The notes beneath the pieces were generated by a model. That model was not told the origin of the DNA. It was given only the letters and a program-made list of their open reading frames with translations, and made no database searches. Shown here piece after piece: positions 8,807-16,982 of a stretch of 40,140 bases of DNA. Each line of letters begins with the position of its first letter. Position 1 is the stretch's first letter. Source of the stretch: a virus (lineage: Duplodnaviria > Caudoviricetes); the IMG/VR virus record IMGVR_UViG_3300027566_000014, positions 1-40,140 of that record. One strand, written 5' to 3'. The position numbers and the translations under genes were made by a program.

Positions 8807-9154
8807 ATGCGCACCATAACCAACGATATTTATGTTGATACCACTCCGCAGTCGGATAGGAGCCTCGCTCCGCAGTCCGAGGTTGAGCGTTTCATGACTG
8901 CCAAAACATTCGGGTGCATCCTGCTCGCCGCGCGGATCAGCGCCGAGCAGTGCGCAATAAACCGCAAAATGAGCCTCCATCGTTGCGGCAAATGCACCCA
9001 GACCCAAAGAGCGGGCCTAAAGGACAAACCGGCCGCAACCGGAGTCACGCCGACTAGGAGGCCCAAACGCCGCAAGGGCGACAACCCAGACAGCCCCTGG
9101 AGGGACAACCCGGTGTTCATCCCCCAGGCGGCCAGGAAAAGAGTGCTTTCGTGA
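8807..9154 (+). CDS. Hypothetical Cys-containing protein
   Basis: ORF with SD; FGC...C...CGKC. Confidence 0.65.
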   Translation: MRTITNDIYVDTTPQSDRSLAPQSEVERFMTAKTFGCILLAARISAEQCAINRKMSLHRCGKCTQTQRAGLKDKPAATGVTPTRRPKRRKGDNPDSPWRDNPVFIPQAARKRVLS

Positions 9155-9315
9155 TAACCGACATGAACCGCAAGACAACAGCATTTGAAGGCGGCTACAT
9201 CGGCAAGGTCGAGCGGTTCCTCCAGGAGAACCGGGAGCTGAAGATCCGCAACCCGGAACTGATCGAGCACGTCCGCCGGGTCTACGCACGGAGAAAAGAG
9301 ACGGCACATGGGTAA
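9151..9315 (+). CDS. Small hypothetical protein
   Basis: GTGA overlap (alternative ATG at 9163); MNRKTTAFEGG... Confidence 0.55.
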   Translation: MITDMNRKTTAFEGGYIGKVERFLQENRELKIRNPELIEHVRRVYARRKETAHG

Positions 9316-9505
9316 ATGGAAAGAAAAGCCGCGTTACAACATCGTCACCGTGCGGATCAGCGACGAGGCCCTGGCAGCTATCGAGCGGATGAGCAAAGGC
9401 ACGAATCGCTCCATAGTGCTTAACAGGGCCATTGAGGAGCTGATCCAGAGGGACGAGGCGGCAGCGTTCCGCCGGCGGGTTGAGGCGAAGCGTAACGGAC
9501 GATGA
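9308..9505 (+). CDS. Ribbon-helix-helix regulator, HgtR-like
   Basis: PRYNIVTVRISDEA...RSIVLNRAIEELI RHH pattern. Confidence 0.7.
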   Translation: MGKWKEKPRYNIVTVRISDEALAAIERMSKGTNRSIVLNRAIEELIQRDEAAAFRRRVEAKRNGR

Positions 9506-9585
9506 GACAGGCACCGGATACCCAGTGGGGCAAAGGTGCGGCTTACAATGCTGAAAAAATCGCCAAGGCAATAAGAGCACTATAA
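9502..9585 (+). pseudogene. 27-aa gene remnant ending in an attC core
   Basis: MRQAPD...KIAKAIRAL*; the stop lies in CTATAAC. Confidence 0.4.
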
Positions 9586-9639
9586 CGATCAAGCACAGCA
9601 GCAAGCGAAGCGCAGTCTGTATGCTGCGACTGGTTAAGC
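9580..9639 (-). mobile_element. attC recombination site
   Basis: Minus strand reads GCTTAAC-5nt-GCAGCA...GCTTCGC...TGTGC-6nt-GTTATAG. Confidence 0.7.
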
Positions 9640-9666
9640 GCGGCATACCACGAAAGGGGCAAAATC

Positions 9667-10077
9667 ATGGATCATTTTGGGATTGGACAAGCAATGAAGG
9701 GGATGGCAACAACATATTTTATGTCGGCTCGGCAGACAGGAAGAACGGTTTCTCTGGTCGAGAGTGTGAAGGACGGTGACAGGATTGTTTTCATTGAGAG
9801 CAGAGACGCCGAAAGAGTTAAGCGGATGTGCAAAGAGCGCGGCGTAGAGGTGGAGTGCATCGTAGTTGACCCGCAAACACCCGCCCGGATTTTCGAGCGA
9901 GCAACTTCGCAGGGGCGCACGATATTTGACCATCGGTGGGTAGAGCAATACTACATGGCAGCTATTGATAACTGTCAGCGCAATATTGACCATCTCGAAC
10001 GGCAATCGTCTGGATTCGGGGAAGCACACCGGGAAACTCGGCGAAAGGCTGAGGAAATATCAAGATGGCGCATCTAA
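9667..10077 (+). CDS. Cassette-borne protein with degenerate P-loop
   Basis: SARQTGRT...IFDH; bounded by attC sites. Confidence 0.75.
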   Translation: MDHFGIGQAMKGMATTYFMSARQTGRTVSLVESVKDGDRIVFIESRDAERVKRMCKERGVEVECIVVDPQTPARIFERATSQGRTIFDHRWVEQYYMAAIDNCQRNIDHLERQSSGFGEAHRETRRKAEEISRWRI

Positions 10078-10079
10078 GC

Positions 10080-10143
10080 GCTTAACGGCTGGGGCGGTGA
10101 ACCGCCAGGCTTCACCGGGCGGCTTCCACTGTCCTGGTTAAAC
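10080..10143 (-). mobile_element. attC recombination site
   Basis: Minus strand reads GTTTAAC...CAGTGGAAGCCGCC/GGCGGTTCACCG...GTTAAGC. Both cores match consensus and there are two extrahelical bases. Confidence 0.7.
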
Positions 10144-10152
10144 GGGGTTTTC

Positions 10153-10404
10153 GTGGCAATAGCAGCAATCATCACATACACAGTCACACCCTGCCCGTCA
10201 TGCGGTCTGAATATGCCCGGTGCTGGCACGGTTACCCGTAATGGCTCTGACCTCTGGGAGGGACTGATATGCTGCGACATCTGCGACTATGCCGTGAGCG
10301 GTTCCGGCAAAAGTGATTTTTTTGCAGCGGCTGCAACGGCTAAAAAACATCAGGCTGCTGTCAACCGGTCTGGCTGGAGGCGAATGAATGGCAAAACGAA
10401 TTGA
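10153..10404 (+). CDS. Cassette-borne zinc-ribbon protein
   Basis: CPSC...CCDIC. Confidence 0.55.
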   Translation: MAIAAIITYTVTPCPSCGLNMPGAGTVTRNGSDLWEGLICCDICDYAVSGSGKSDFFAAAATAKKHQAAVNRSGWRRMNGKTN

Positions 10405-10558
10405 CAAATATGGCGTACACCTGTCCGGCTGCACCTGCTCGGAATGTACGAAAACAAATGCAACATGTCCGCAGTGTAGCCGGGAATATTGGGCTGATCC
10501 TGAATTCCCTGAAATGAACGAGTGTCCGCGCTGCATGTGGCATCCGGTATCCGTTTAA
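10388..10558 (+). CDS. Cassette-borne Cys-rich protein (56 aa)
   Basis: MAKRIDK...CTCSEC...CPQC...CPRC; the stop lies in the GTTTAAC core. Confidence 0.6.
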   Translation: MAKRIDKYGVHLSGCTCSECTKTNATCPQCSREYWADPEFPEMNECPRCMWHPVSV

Positions 10559-10596
10559 CGACAAGCGTGACCGGCGCGGGTTCATCGCGACCGGTG
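10553..10596 (-). mobile_element. Truncated attC
   Basis: Core, 6-nt spacer, then CGTGACCGGCGCG-loop-CGCGACCGGT; the other arm is missing. Confidence 0.5.
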
Positions 10597-10686
10597 GATA
10601 AAGGCAGATAAAGCAAGGTTTAATCAGATTTTAATCCGTCCAATCAGATTTGATCCGTGTGCAATGCCTTTAACAGGAGTTAAACC

Positions 10687-11124
10687 ATGGCAACCCCAGC
10701 CCAGATAAAGAAGATCCATTGCCTCAAAGGCGCCCTGAAACTGGATGACGATACCTACCGCCTGCTGCTCTCCGGACACGGCGCCAAATCATCCAAAGAC
10801 CGCGGCTTCACCTATGCCAAGGCCGACGAGCTGATCAAGGATCTGGAGCAGAAGGCCGTCGCCGCCGGAGCCTGGGAAAAGCGCAAACCCGCCAAGAAGG
10901 CCGTAGGGGCGGGGTCATCCCGCCCATTAGCCGACGATCCGCAGAGCCGGAAGATCCGCGCCCTCTGGATCGAGCTGCACCAGGCGGGCAAGGTAAAGAA
11001 CCCGGCCGAAAGCGCGCTGACCGCATACGTGAAGCGCATGACGGGCGTCAACGCCCTGCAATGGCTGAATACGGCGCAGGCGAGTAACGTGATAGAAGCC
11101 CTTAAAAAGTGGCTGGAGAGATAA
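10687..11124 (+). CDS. gemA: GemA (DUF1018) family protein
   Basis: KIH..K..LKLDDDTYR...KIRALWIEL...VIEALKKW. Confidence 0.88.
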   Translation: MATPAQIKKIHCLKGALKLDDDTYRLLLSGHGAKSSKDRGFTYAKADELIKDLEQKAVAAGAWEKRKPAKKAVGAGSSRPLADDPQSRKIRALWIELHQAGKVKNPAESALTAYVKRMTGVNALQWLNTAQASNVIEALKKWLER

Positions 11125-11200
11125 AGGCAGGCCCGAGACACGAGGAAAAAGGAGCGAGGTTCAATCATCGGACCTTTTTCCTCGCTCCTCGATCCTGGAA

Positions 11201-11671
11201 GTGAACGGAGTGAACGTGAATTTAAAATGCCCCGTCTGCCACGCAAAATTCAGCATCGAGCAGCTCACCCAGGACGAAGCCGCCCGCGAAATGCTCCGCA
11301 TGCGCCCGCTCATGCTGCCGAGCATGATGCCGTACCTGACCCTGTTCCGCACCGGCAAGCGTGACCTGGCATTCGATAGAGCCTTGCAGCTGGCCCGCGA
11401 CGTTTACGAGCTCTGCCCCGATCTCCATCGCCTGGAGACCGCCCTCGGCGAGACGGTCAGGAGCCTCAGAGCCAAACAGGACGACGGAGTTTTGAAGCCT
11501 CTGAAGGATCATAAGTATCTGATGAAGGTCTTGGAGAATACCAGGCCCGAGGCCAAAGGACCGAGGCCCGAGGATAATCCTTTAACCTCGAACCTCGAAC
11601 ATCGAGCATCGAACCCGCCGTCAAAGACTGCCTCCGCCATCGGCAAGCTGCAAGCCTGGAAGAAAAACTGA
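11201..11671 (+). CDS. Hypothetical Mu-like protein (CPxC; start uncertain)
   Basis: CPVCH, YLTLFR and PLKDHKYL motifs. Confidence 0.7.
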   Translation: MNGVNVNLKCPVCHAKFSIEQLTQDEAAREMLRMRPLMLPSMMPYLTLFRTGKRDLAFDRALQLARDVYELCPDLHRLETALGETVRSLRAKQDDGVLKPLKDHKYLMKVLENTRPEAKGPRPEDNPLTSNLEHRASNPPSKTASAIGKLQAWKKN

Positions 11672-12060
11672 TGTACCCTGAAGGGCATAAACAGTGGATC
11701 CGCGAAGAGGTCGGCAACGGCCTCCAGGCGCTCTTATCCCTGCGGCTGAAGAACACCCCGGCCGAGGACATGATCGAGCTCACCGCCGACATCTGGGTGC
11801 AGGCATTCGGCGTAAAGCTGGGCAGTTGGGCCATTGAAGAACTGGACGCCCCCCGCATCCGCGAGGCGTTCCGCAAGACCTTTCCCAAAATACGAGAATG
11901 GCCGGCGCCGATCGAAGTGATTGAGCATCTGCCGCCGCGGCCGGAACCCCGGCAACTGCCGGAGCCGGAGCCGGACGCAGAGGCGCAAAGACGCATCAGG
12001 GTAATGATAGAGGGTTTGAAAACAAAGTTGTACGTAAAGAGAAAAGGAGAAACGCCATGA
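11671..12060 (+). CDS. Hypothetical Mu-like protein
   Basis: GLQALLSLRL..TPA...W...WPAP; translationally coupled. Confidence 0.75.
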   Translation: MYPEGHKQWIREEVGNGLQALLSLRLKNTPAEDMIELTADIWVQAFGVKLGSWAIEELDAPRIREAFRKTFPKIREWPAPIEVIEHLPPRPEPRQLPEPEPDAEAQRRIRVMIEGLKTKLYVKRKGETP

Positions 12061-12404
12061 ACATCGACCTGACCCGCTACCCGGAAGAGCTCAGCGACCT
12101 GATCGACAAGGGAGCCGAGCAGATCGTCCAGAAGCTCGCGCTGCCTCCCGACACTGCAAAACAGGCCGTTTACCTCGTCACCGAGATCATCCGCCGGGAC
12201 TGGTCAGGATCAAACCTGTACCTGGCAAAGGGGCTCGCCTATGACATCCAGCAGCGCGACCGGGAGATGTACCTGAAATTCAACGGCACCAACCACAAGG
12301 CCCTGGCTAAGGAATACGAACTCACCGTCCGCCAGGTGTATGACCGTATTGCACGTATCAGCGAAGAGGAATTCAAACGCCGCCAGCCGAGCTTCTTTGA
12401 GTAA
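12057..12404 (+). CDS. mor: Mor/C-family transcription activator
   Basis: GSNLYLAKG...RD..MY..FNG.N...LA.EY.LT.RQVY. Confidence 0.9.
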   Translation: MNIDLTRYPEELSDLIDKGAEQIVQKLALPPDTAKQAVYLVTEIIRRDWSGSNLYLAKGLAYDIQQRDREMYLKFNGTNHKALAKEYELTVRQVYDRIARISEEEFKRRQPSFFE

Positions 12405-12419
12405 TAGGCATGAATTTTC

Positions 12420-12449
12420 TTGACAAAAAAACAACAGGCGGTGTACCGT
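12420..12449 (+). promoter_or_regulatory. Promoter of the c4-rha operon
   Basis: TTGACA-18 nt-TACCGT. Confidence 0.55.
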
Positions 12450-12534
12450 TTGCGCAAGTGGCCTTCAATCCACGAGTAAACGAGCGGCACCGCCCCGAAG
12501 TTGCGGTATTTTTGCGCCCACAGTCTAAAGGAGC

Positions 12535-12614
12535 TGTCGGGTGTGCGGGTAATACAACACCTCGCAAGAGGGAATATCCGCGCCGTTCTCGTTTACGGTT
12601 GAAGACACCCGGCA
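12535..12614 (+). ncRNA. c4: C4-type antisense RNA
   Basis: Closing stem TGTCGGGTGT/ACACCCGGCA and a GCAA tetraloop hairpin. Loop and bulge are complementary to targets on both sides. Confidence 0.8.
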
Positions 12615-12655
12615 CTCTTCAAGTTGCCATTCTTCAGAATAAACGAGGTAACACC

Positions 12656-12868
12656 ATGGAACACCCCACCGATCTGCTCTACGATTGCGCCCGCAAGCTT
12701 GCCTTCATCTCTGACGTATTCGGCCAAACCTCAATTGATTCACTCCCTATGGAATTTTCACGGGAAGCCCAAGCCGGGCTTTCAACAATTCTGCTCGAAC
12801 AAGAAGTCATGATTAAAAAAGTCGCTGATTTTCTCAGCGACAAACCACTACATGAGATGGAGGTATAG
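12656..12868 (+). CDS. Small protein in the icd/kil position (70 aa)
   Basis: GAGG SD overlaps the c4 target AAACGAG; coupled to rha. Confidence 0.7.
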   Translation: MEHPTDLLYDCARKLAFISDVFGQTSIDSLPMEFSREAQAGLSTILLEQEVMIKKVADFLSDKPLHEMEV

Positions 12869-12870
12869 CT

Positions 12871-13464
12871 ATGTCTGCACAACTTCTACAGTTCCCAAAC
12901 GATGCCGTCGTATTGAAAAACGGTCACCCGATGACCACTAGCCTGAAGGTTGCCGAAGCCTTCAGCCGTGAACATTCCAAGGTCATGCGAGCAATCAAAA
13001 GTCTTGATTGTTCCGAAGGATTTTCACTCGCCAATTTTGGCGAGTCAACTTACGTCAATTCTCGGAATCAGGAACAGCCGATGTATGAACTGACCCGCGA
13101 CGGGCTCACCTTCCTTGTCATGGGTTTCACCGGTCCTCAAGCAGCGCACGCCAAAGAATCTTTTATTCAGAGGTTTAACGCCATGGAAGCCGCTCTACGC
13201 GGTGCGCCGCAGGCGCTACCGGCTCCCGTAAAGCGGAGCACTATCAAGGTTGACGAGGCCGAATACTGGAAGATGAAAGCGGAGCTGGCCGAAATGAAGC
13301 TGAAGTACCGAACCCGCGTCAACTGGGATGATGAAGAGATCGTGGAACTGATCGAACTACATCGGCAGGGACTCACCCCGACGCCGATCGGCGACAAGAT
13401 GGGCCGGTCGCCCAACTCGGTTTCAACGAAAATCCGGGAATTGCGGATCGAAGGCAAGATTTAG
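12871..13464 (+). CDS. rha: Rha-family regulator/antirepressor with C-terminal HTH
   Basis: TTSLKVAEAF.REH..VMRAI...MYELTRDG.TFLVMGFTG. Confidence 0.92.
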   Translation: MSAQLLQFPNDAVVLKNGHPMTTSLKVAEAFSREHSKVMRAIKSLDCSEGFSLANFGESTYVNSRNQEQPMYELTRDGLTFLVMGFTGPQAAHAKESFIQRFNAMEAALRGAPQALPAPVKRSTIKVDEAEYWKMKAELAEMKLKYRTRVNWDDEEIVELIELHRQGLTPTPIGDKMGRSPNSVSTKIRELRIEGKI

Positions 13465-13577
13465 CGAAACGAACCCGTCCGGTAAACGGACGGGTTCGTC
13501 TGTCGGGTGTGGCGGCCCGGCACAGGAATAAAGTTGACGCCTGACTGAAAATCAGCCACACAGCAAAGATTCATTCA

Positions 13578-13620
13578 AAGGCCCCTCTCCCCCCCCCCCC
13601 GGAGAAGGGCCTTTTTTCTT
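13578..13620 (+). terminator. Rho-independent terminator with poly-C loop
   Basis: AAGGCCCCTCTCC-C10-GGAGAAGGGCC-TTTTTT. Confidence 0.75.
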
Positions 13621-13661
13621 GACGCCCTTCAAAAGACCTTTCCGCACAATCTCTGTAGTAT
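13619..13661 (+). promoter_or_regulatory. Late promoter (lysis operon)
   Basis: TTGACGCCCTTCAAAAGACC-17 nt-TAGTAT; same architecture as the site at 24352. Confidence 0.7.
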
Positions 13662-13755
13662 CCCCACTGTCATTGTTTTTCTCCTTTGTATCCCGGCACG
13701 GGCCTAGTCTCCCCGTGCCGGGCACTATCAATTCAAAATGCCCGCGAGGTAACAG

Positions 13756-14220
13756 ATGAAACTGACCGACCATTTCACCCTGGAAGAGTTCCTCATCTCC
13801 CAGGCCGCCGCCCGTCTCGGCATCGACAACAGCCCGAGTGATGAGCACCGAGCCAACCTGCTGCAGGTGGCAACTCACCTGGAGATCGTCCGCGCCCAGT
13901 TCGGGGTGGTTATCGTCTCCTCCGGCTACCGCTCCAAGGCGCTCAACGCCGCCGTCCCGGGATCGTCAAAGACCTCCGCCCACTGCTTCGGCCTCGCCGC
14001 CGATTTCCACATCCCGGGCGTCGCCAACATCGAGGTCTGCCGCTGGATCGCCGAGCACATCCCCGATTACGACCAGGTAATTTATGAGTTCGGCCCTGCG
14101 CCTAAAGGCTGGGTGCACCTGGGACTGCGCAACGGCATCCCGCGCAAAATGCAGCTCACCGCTAAAAAAGGCGACGGCAAAACCATATACCAGCCGGGGA
14201 TATTGGATCTCTGGGGTTAA
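13756..14220 (+). CDS. Endolysin, peptidase M15A
   Basis: HFTLEEF, SSGYRS..LN, SAH..G.AAD and WVH motifs. Confidence 0.92.
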   Translation: MKLTDHFTLEEFLISQAAARLGIDNSPSDEHRANLLQVATHLEIVRAQFGVVIVSSGYRSKALNAAVPGSSKTSAHCFGLAADFHIPGVANIEVCRWIAEHIPDYDQVIYEFGPAPKGWVHLGLRNGIPRKMQLTAKKGDGKTIYQPGILDLWG

Positions 14221-14224
14221 TTAT

Positions 14225-14294
14225 GTAGGGGCGGGGTAACCCCGCCTTGTTGCATCACCACCCAAAAAGGCGGGCGGGGTTACCCCGCCCCTAC
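14225..14294. repeat. GTAG-type REP inverted pair
   Basis: GTAGGGGCGGGGTAACCCCGCC ... GGGCGGGGTTACCCCGCCCCTAC. Confidence 0.85.
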
Positions 14295-14304
14295 GGAGGG
14301 CGTT

Positions 14305-15024
14305 ATGAACAACAGAAACAACATTGCAGCAGTACTGGCCATCATGGCCATGACCGGGTTCCTCAGCGTCATCGCATTTCTCGGCATCGGCAGTGTCTCA
14401 CCGGCCAATAAAGATTTTTTCAACACAGCCCTGATCGCCCTGATTAGCTGCGTCTCCACGGCATTCGGCTACTACTTGGGCAGCTCTCTCGGCAGCGCCC
14501 AGAAAAACGACATCATCGCCCAGGCCACCGAGTCCGGGCGGGACAACCCCGCCCCTACGCCGCCGACCGCCGACCTCCGACCGCCGACCGGCGAAAACGG
14601 CTTCATCGTTTTCCGCCTCTTGCCGCTCCTGGCTCTCGCCGCGCTGCTCTTCATACTCACCGGCTGCGCCTCGGTGCAGAAAGAGACCCCGCAGAGCATC
14701 GCCACCAAGTCAATGTTGGCCATGCAAGAGGCAATAGTCACCACGGCCACCGTCGGCGACCGGCTCTGCAAAGCCGGCCGACTGACCCCCGAAACCTGCC
14801 AGGACCTGAGTTCCTATTACATCCTCGCCGGCCCCGCCTACGATCTGGCAGCCGCCGCCCTGGCCGCCGCCATCAGGATCGACAATGCCCAGAGCTGGGA
14901 CAAGTACAACAAGGCCGTCCAGGAGTTATCCATCCTCTATCTCGGTATCACGCAACTCGGCACTAAAACCGGCCTGATCAAGCTGGCCGACGACCCCAAC
15001 GGGCCTAAAGGAGGTGCCAAGTGA
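14305..15024 (+). CDS. Holin-like membrane protein fused to a lipoprotein domain
   Basis: Two N-terminal TM helices, FGYYLGSS and an internal lipobox LTGC. Confidence 0.65.
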   Translation: MNNRNNIAAVLAIMAMTGFLSVIAFLGIGSVSPANKDFFNTALIALISCVSTAFGYYLGSSLGSAQKNDIIAQATESGRDNPAPTPPTADLRPPTGENGFIVFRLLPLLALAALLFILTGCASVQKETPQSIATKSMLAMQEAIVTTATVGDRLCKAGRLTPETCQDLSSYYILAGPAYDLAAAALAAAIRIDNAQSWDKYNKAVQELSILYLGITQLGTKTGLIKLADDPNGPKGGAK

Positions 15025-15209
15025 CCGGCGCCGAAATCGCAACGCTCGCGCAGATACTGGCGCCGATCGCCAAAGAGATCATCGTCGAAGGCATCAAGAT
15101 CACCGCAACATTCAAGGCAGACCTGACCGAAGAGCAGATGCTGCAAAGCCTGGAGCTGTCCAAGTCGGCAAGCTGGCCGCAGCTGGATTTCAAGCCGGAG
15201 GCAGTTTGA
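15021..15209 (+). CDS. Small lysis-region protein
   Basis: AAGGAGG SD; GTGA overlap. Confidence 0.7.
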   Translation: MTGAEIATLAQILAPIAKEIIVEGIKITATFKADLTEEQMLQSLELSKSASWPQLDFKPEAV

Positions 15210-15562
15210 AACCCGTTGTCAAAGACCTTGAGGCCTGGAGCGACGCGGCCTTCCACGAAACGGTCGAGGTGACCTTCGACGGCGCGCCGCAGGATTTCAG
15301 CGGCTGGACCGAGTTCGAGCTGTTGGGGGTCGACTCGTACCGGGCAACGGCGTCCCTGTTTGCCGGCGCCGTAGCTGTAGACGCATCGACCCCCGGCACG
15401 TTGACCCTCGACATTGCCCAGGCCGATCTGGCGGCATGCTTCGCCGCCGGGGAGACGAAGACCGTCAAGGAGCTTCCGTACGTGCTGCGGGTGAAACCGG
15501 GCGTCAGTTACCGCATCCGCCTCATGTACGGCAAATTCACACTGCACCGGGGACTGCCATGA
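15206..15562 (+). CDS. Baseplate-upper (BppU N-terminal)-like protein
   Basis: TTG start with GGAGG SD; DFSGW...GTLTLDIA...Y.L...LMYGKFTL pattern. Confidence 0.5.
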   Translation: MKPVVKDLEAWSDAAFHETVEVTFDGAPQDFSGWTEFELLGVDSYRATASLFAGAVAVDASTPGTLTLDIAQADLAACFAAGETKTVKELPYVLRVKPGVSYRIRLMYGKFTLHRGLP

Positions 15563-15816
15563 TCGAGCTCAGACTCACATCCGGGCCGCTGGCCACCATC
15601 GCCCGCAACAACGCGCCGCTGGCAACGATAGCGCGTCAAACCCGGATATTGGCGACGATCCCGATGGATAGCGCCCCATTAACTATCAACCTGGACAGCC
15701 GGCCGCTGGCCGTGATCGGCGTACCGGCGTTTCCCGGCGATCCCAGGGAGCTGAAGGATGCGGCGGGGGATTTTCTCATGGGCGCCGACGGCGAGGCGCT
15801 CTGGGGGGCGAACTGA
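15559..15816 (+). CDS. Hypothetical protein with PLATIAR repeats
   Basis: ATGA overlap; repeated (P/I)LATI motif. Confidence 0.65.
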   Translation: MIELRLTSGPLATIARNNAPLATIARQTRILATIPMDSAPLTINLDSRPLAVIGVPAFPGDPRELKDAAGDFLMGADGEALWGAN

Positions 15817-16982
15817 TGAAATACATAAATTTATGTGCTTTCTCCCTGGTTTTATGTGCCGCAATGGCTTACGGCGGCGGCTACTACTTCCAGAAGCCGG
15901 AGCTGACAGACGTGCCGGACAACGCCCGGGTGCTGGTCTACGACGCCAGCAGCAACACGGACAAAAACTTCACCGGCGCTTTCCTGAAGGGCTATTTCGC
16001 ACGGTCCGGACACAATCATGTTTTCAGCAACATCAGCGGTCTGCAATCGGCCCTGGACAGCAAAAGCGAAGTGGGGCACGGCCACACCATCCCCTACATC
16101 ACCGGGCTGCAGGCGATCCTGGACGGGAAGGTCGATCTCACGGATCCCCGCCTCACCGACGCGCGGGAGCCGCTGCCGCACACCCAGGCGGCAAGCACCA
16201 TCACCGGGCTGGCGCCCGTGGCAACCTTTGGCAATTACAGCTCCCTGACCGGCAAGCCGACGATCCCGGCCCCGCAGGTAAACAGCGACTGGCTCGCCAC
16301 CGGCGGCGCCGCTCAAATCCTCAACCGCCCGGCGGAGACCTGCGCAGGCAGGTTCACCTACGACGGCAACACGATCGTCTGCACCGTCACCGGCGGCATA
16401 CGGTCACTGCTCTATGACGCCAACGGCGCCAATCCCAGCTCCGCAATGGTCTCATTCGGAGCCGAAATGCGGATGAACGGCACGGTCGTCCCCCCCGACA
16501 CCTATGCCTGGAGCGTACCGGCAACCGGCACGCTCCTCTCCGGCGCATCGAGCACGGCAACATTTACCCCCGTGGTCGCGCCCACGTTCTCGGCAGGCGC
16601 CGCCGACAACCGGGTTGACGTGGACCTGACCTATGCGGGCTACACCTGCCGGGCGACAGCCCCGGTACCGGCCACCAAGATAGGGGCAACCGGCAGCCAG
16701 GGGAGTCCCGACACGAAGACGGACATCTACAACAAGATCAAGGTGGGAGTGACCGGCGACGTGCTCCTCACCCAGTGCGGCCCCGGCGACACTGCCGGTT
16801 TTGCCGCCAGGGAGGTGCGCGATGTCGCCGGCAACATCATGCTGACCTACACCTGTGGCGGCATGGTGACGGTATATCAGCTCCCCGGAGACACCAGCAG
16901 CACGGTAAAACTGGCGGTGAGAGGGACCGACGGCATCAACCGTTTCGAGGTGACCGCCGGCGGAACGGTGACCATCCGATGA
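15816..16982 (+). CDS. Tail-fibre-like protein with signal peptide
   Basis: HxH...I(S/T)GLQ repeats, DPRLTDAR and VA..G.Y..L..KPTIP..QVNSDW fibre motifs; hydrophobic N-terminus. Confidence 0.7.
   Translation: MKYINLCAFSLVLCAAMAYGGGYYFQKPELTDVPDNARVLVYDASSNTDKNFTGAFLKGYFARSGHNHVFSNISGLQSALDSKSEVGHGHTIPYITGLQAILDGKVDLTDPRLTDAREPLPHTQAASTITGLAPVATFGNYSSLTGKPTIPAPQVNSDWLATGGAAQILNRPAETCAGRFTYDGNTIVCTVTGGIRSLLYDANGANPSSAMVSFGAEMRMNGTVVPPDTYAWSVPATGTLLSGASSTATFTPVVAPTFSAGAADNRVDVDLTYAGYTCRATAPVPATKIGATGSQGSPDTKTDIYNKIKVGVTGDVLLTQCGPGDTAGFAAREVRDVAGNIMLTYTCGGMVTVYQLPGDTSSTVKLAVRGTDGINRFEVTAGGTVTIR

Noticed and set aside
12410-12655. N-terminal part of the 152-aa ORF
   Set aside because: It overlaps the promoter and c4 RNA; the SD supports a start at 12656.
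13589-13600. C12 tract as a phase-variation switch
   Set aside because: It lies mostly in a terminator loop, outside coding sequence and promoter spacer, so a length change is probably neutral.
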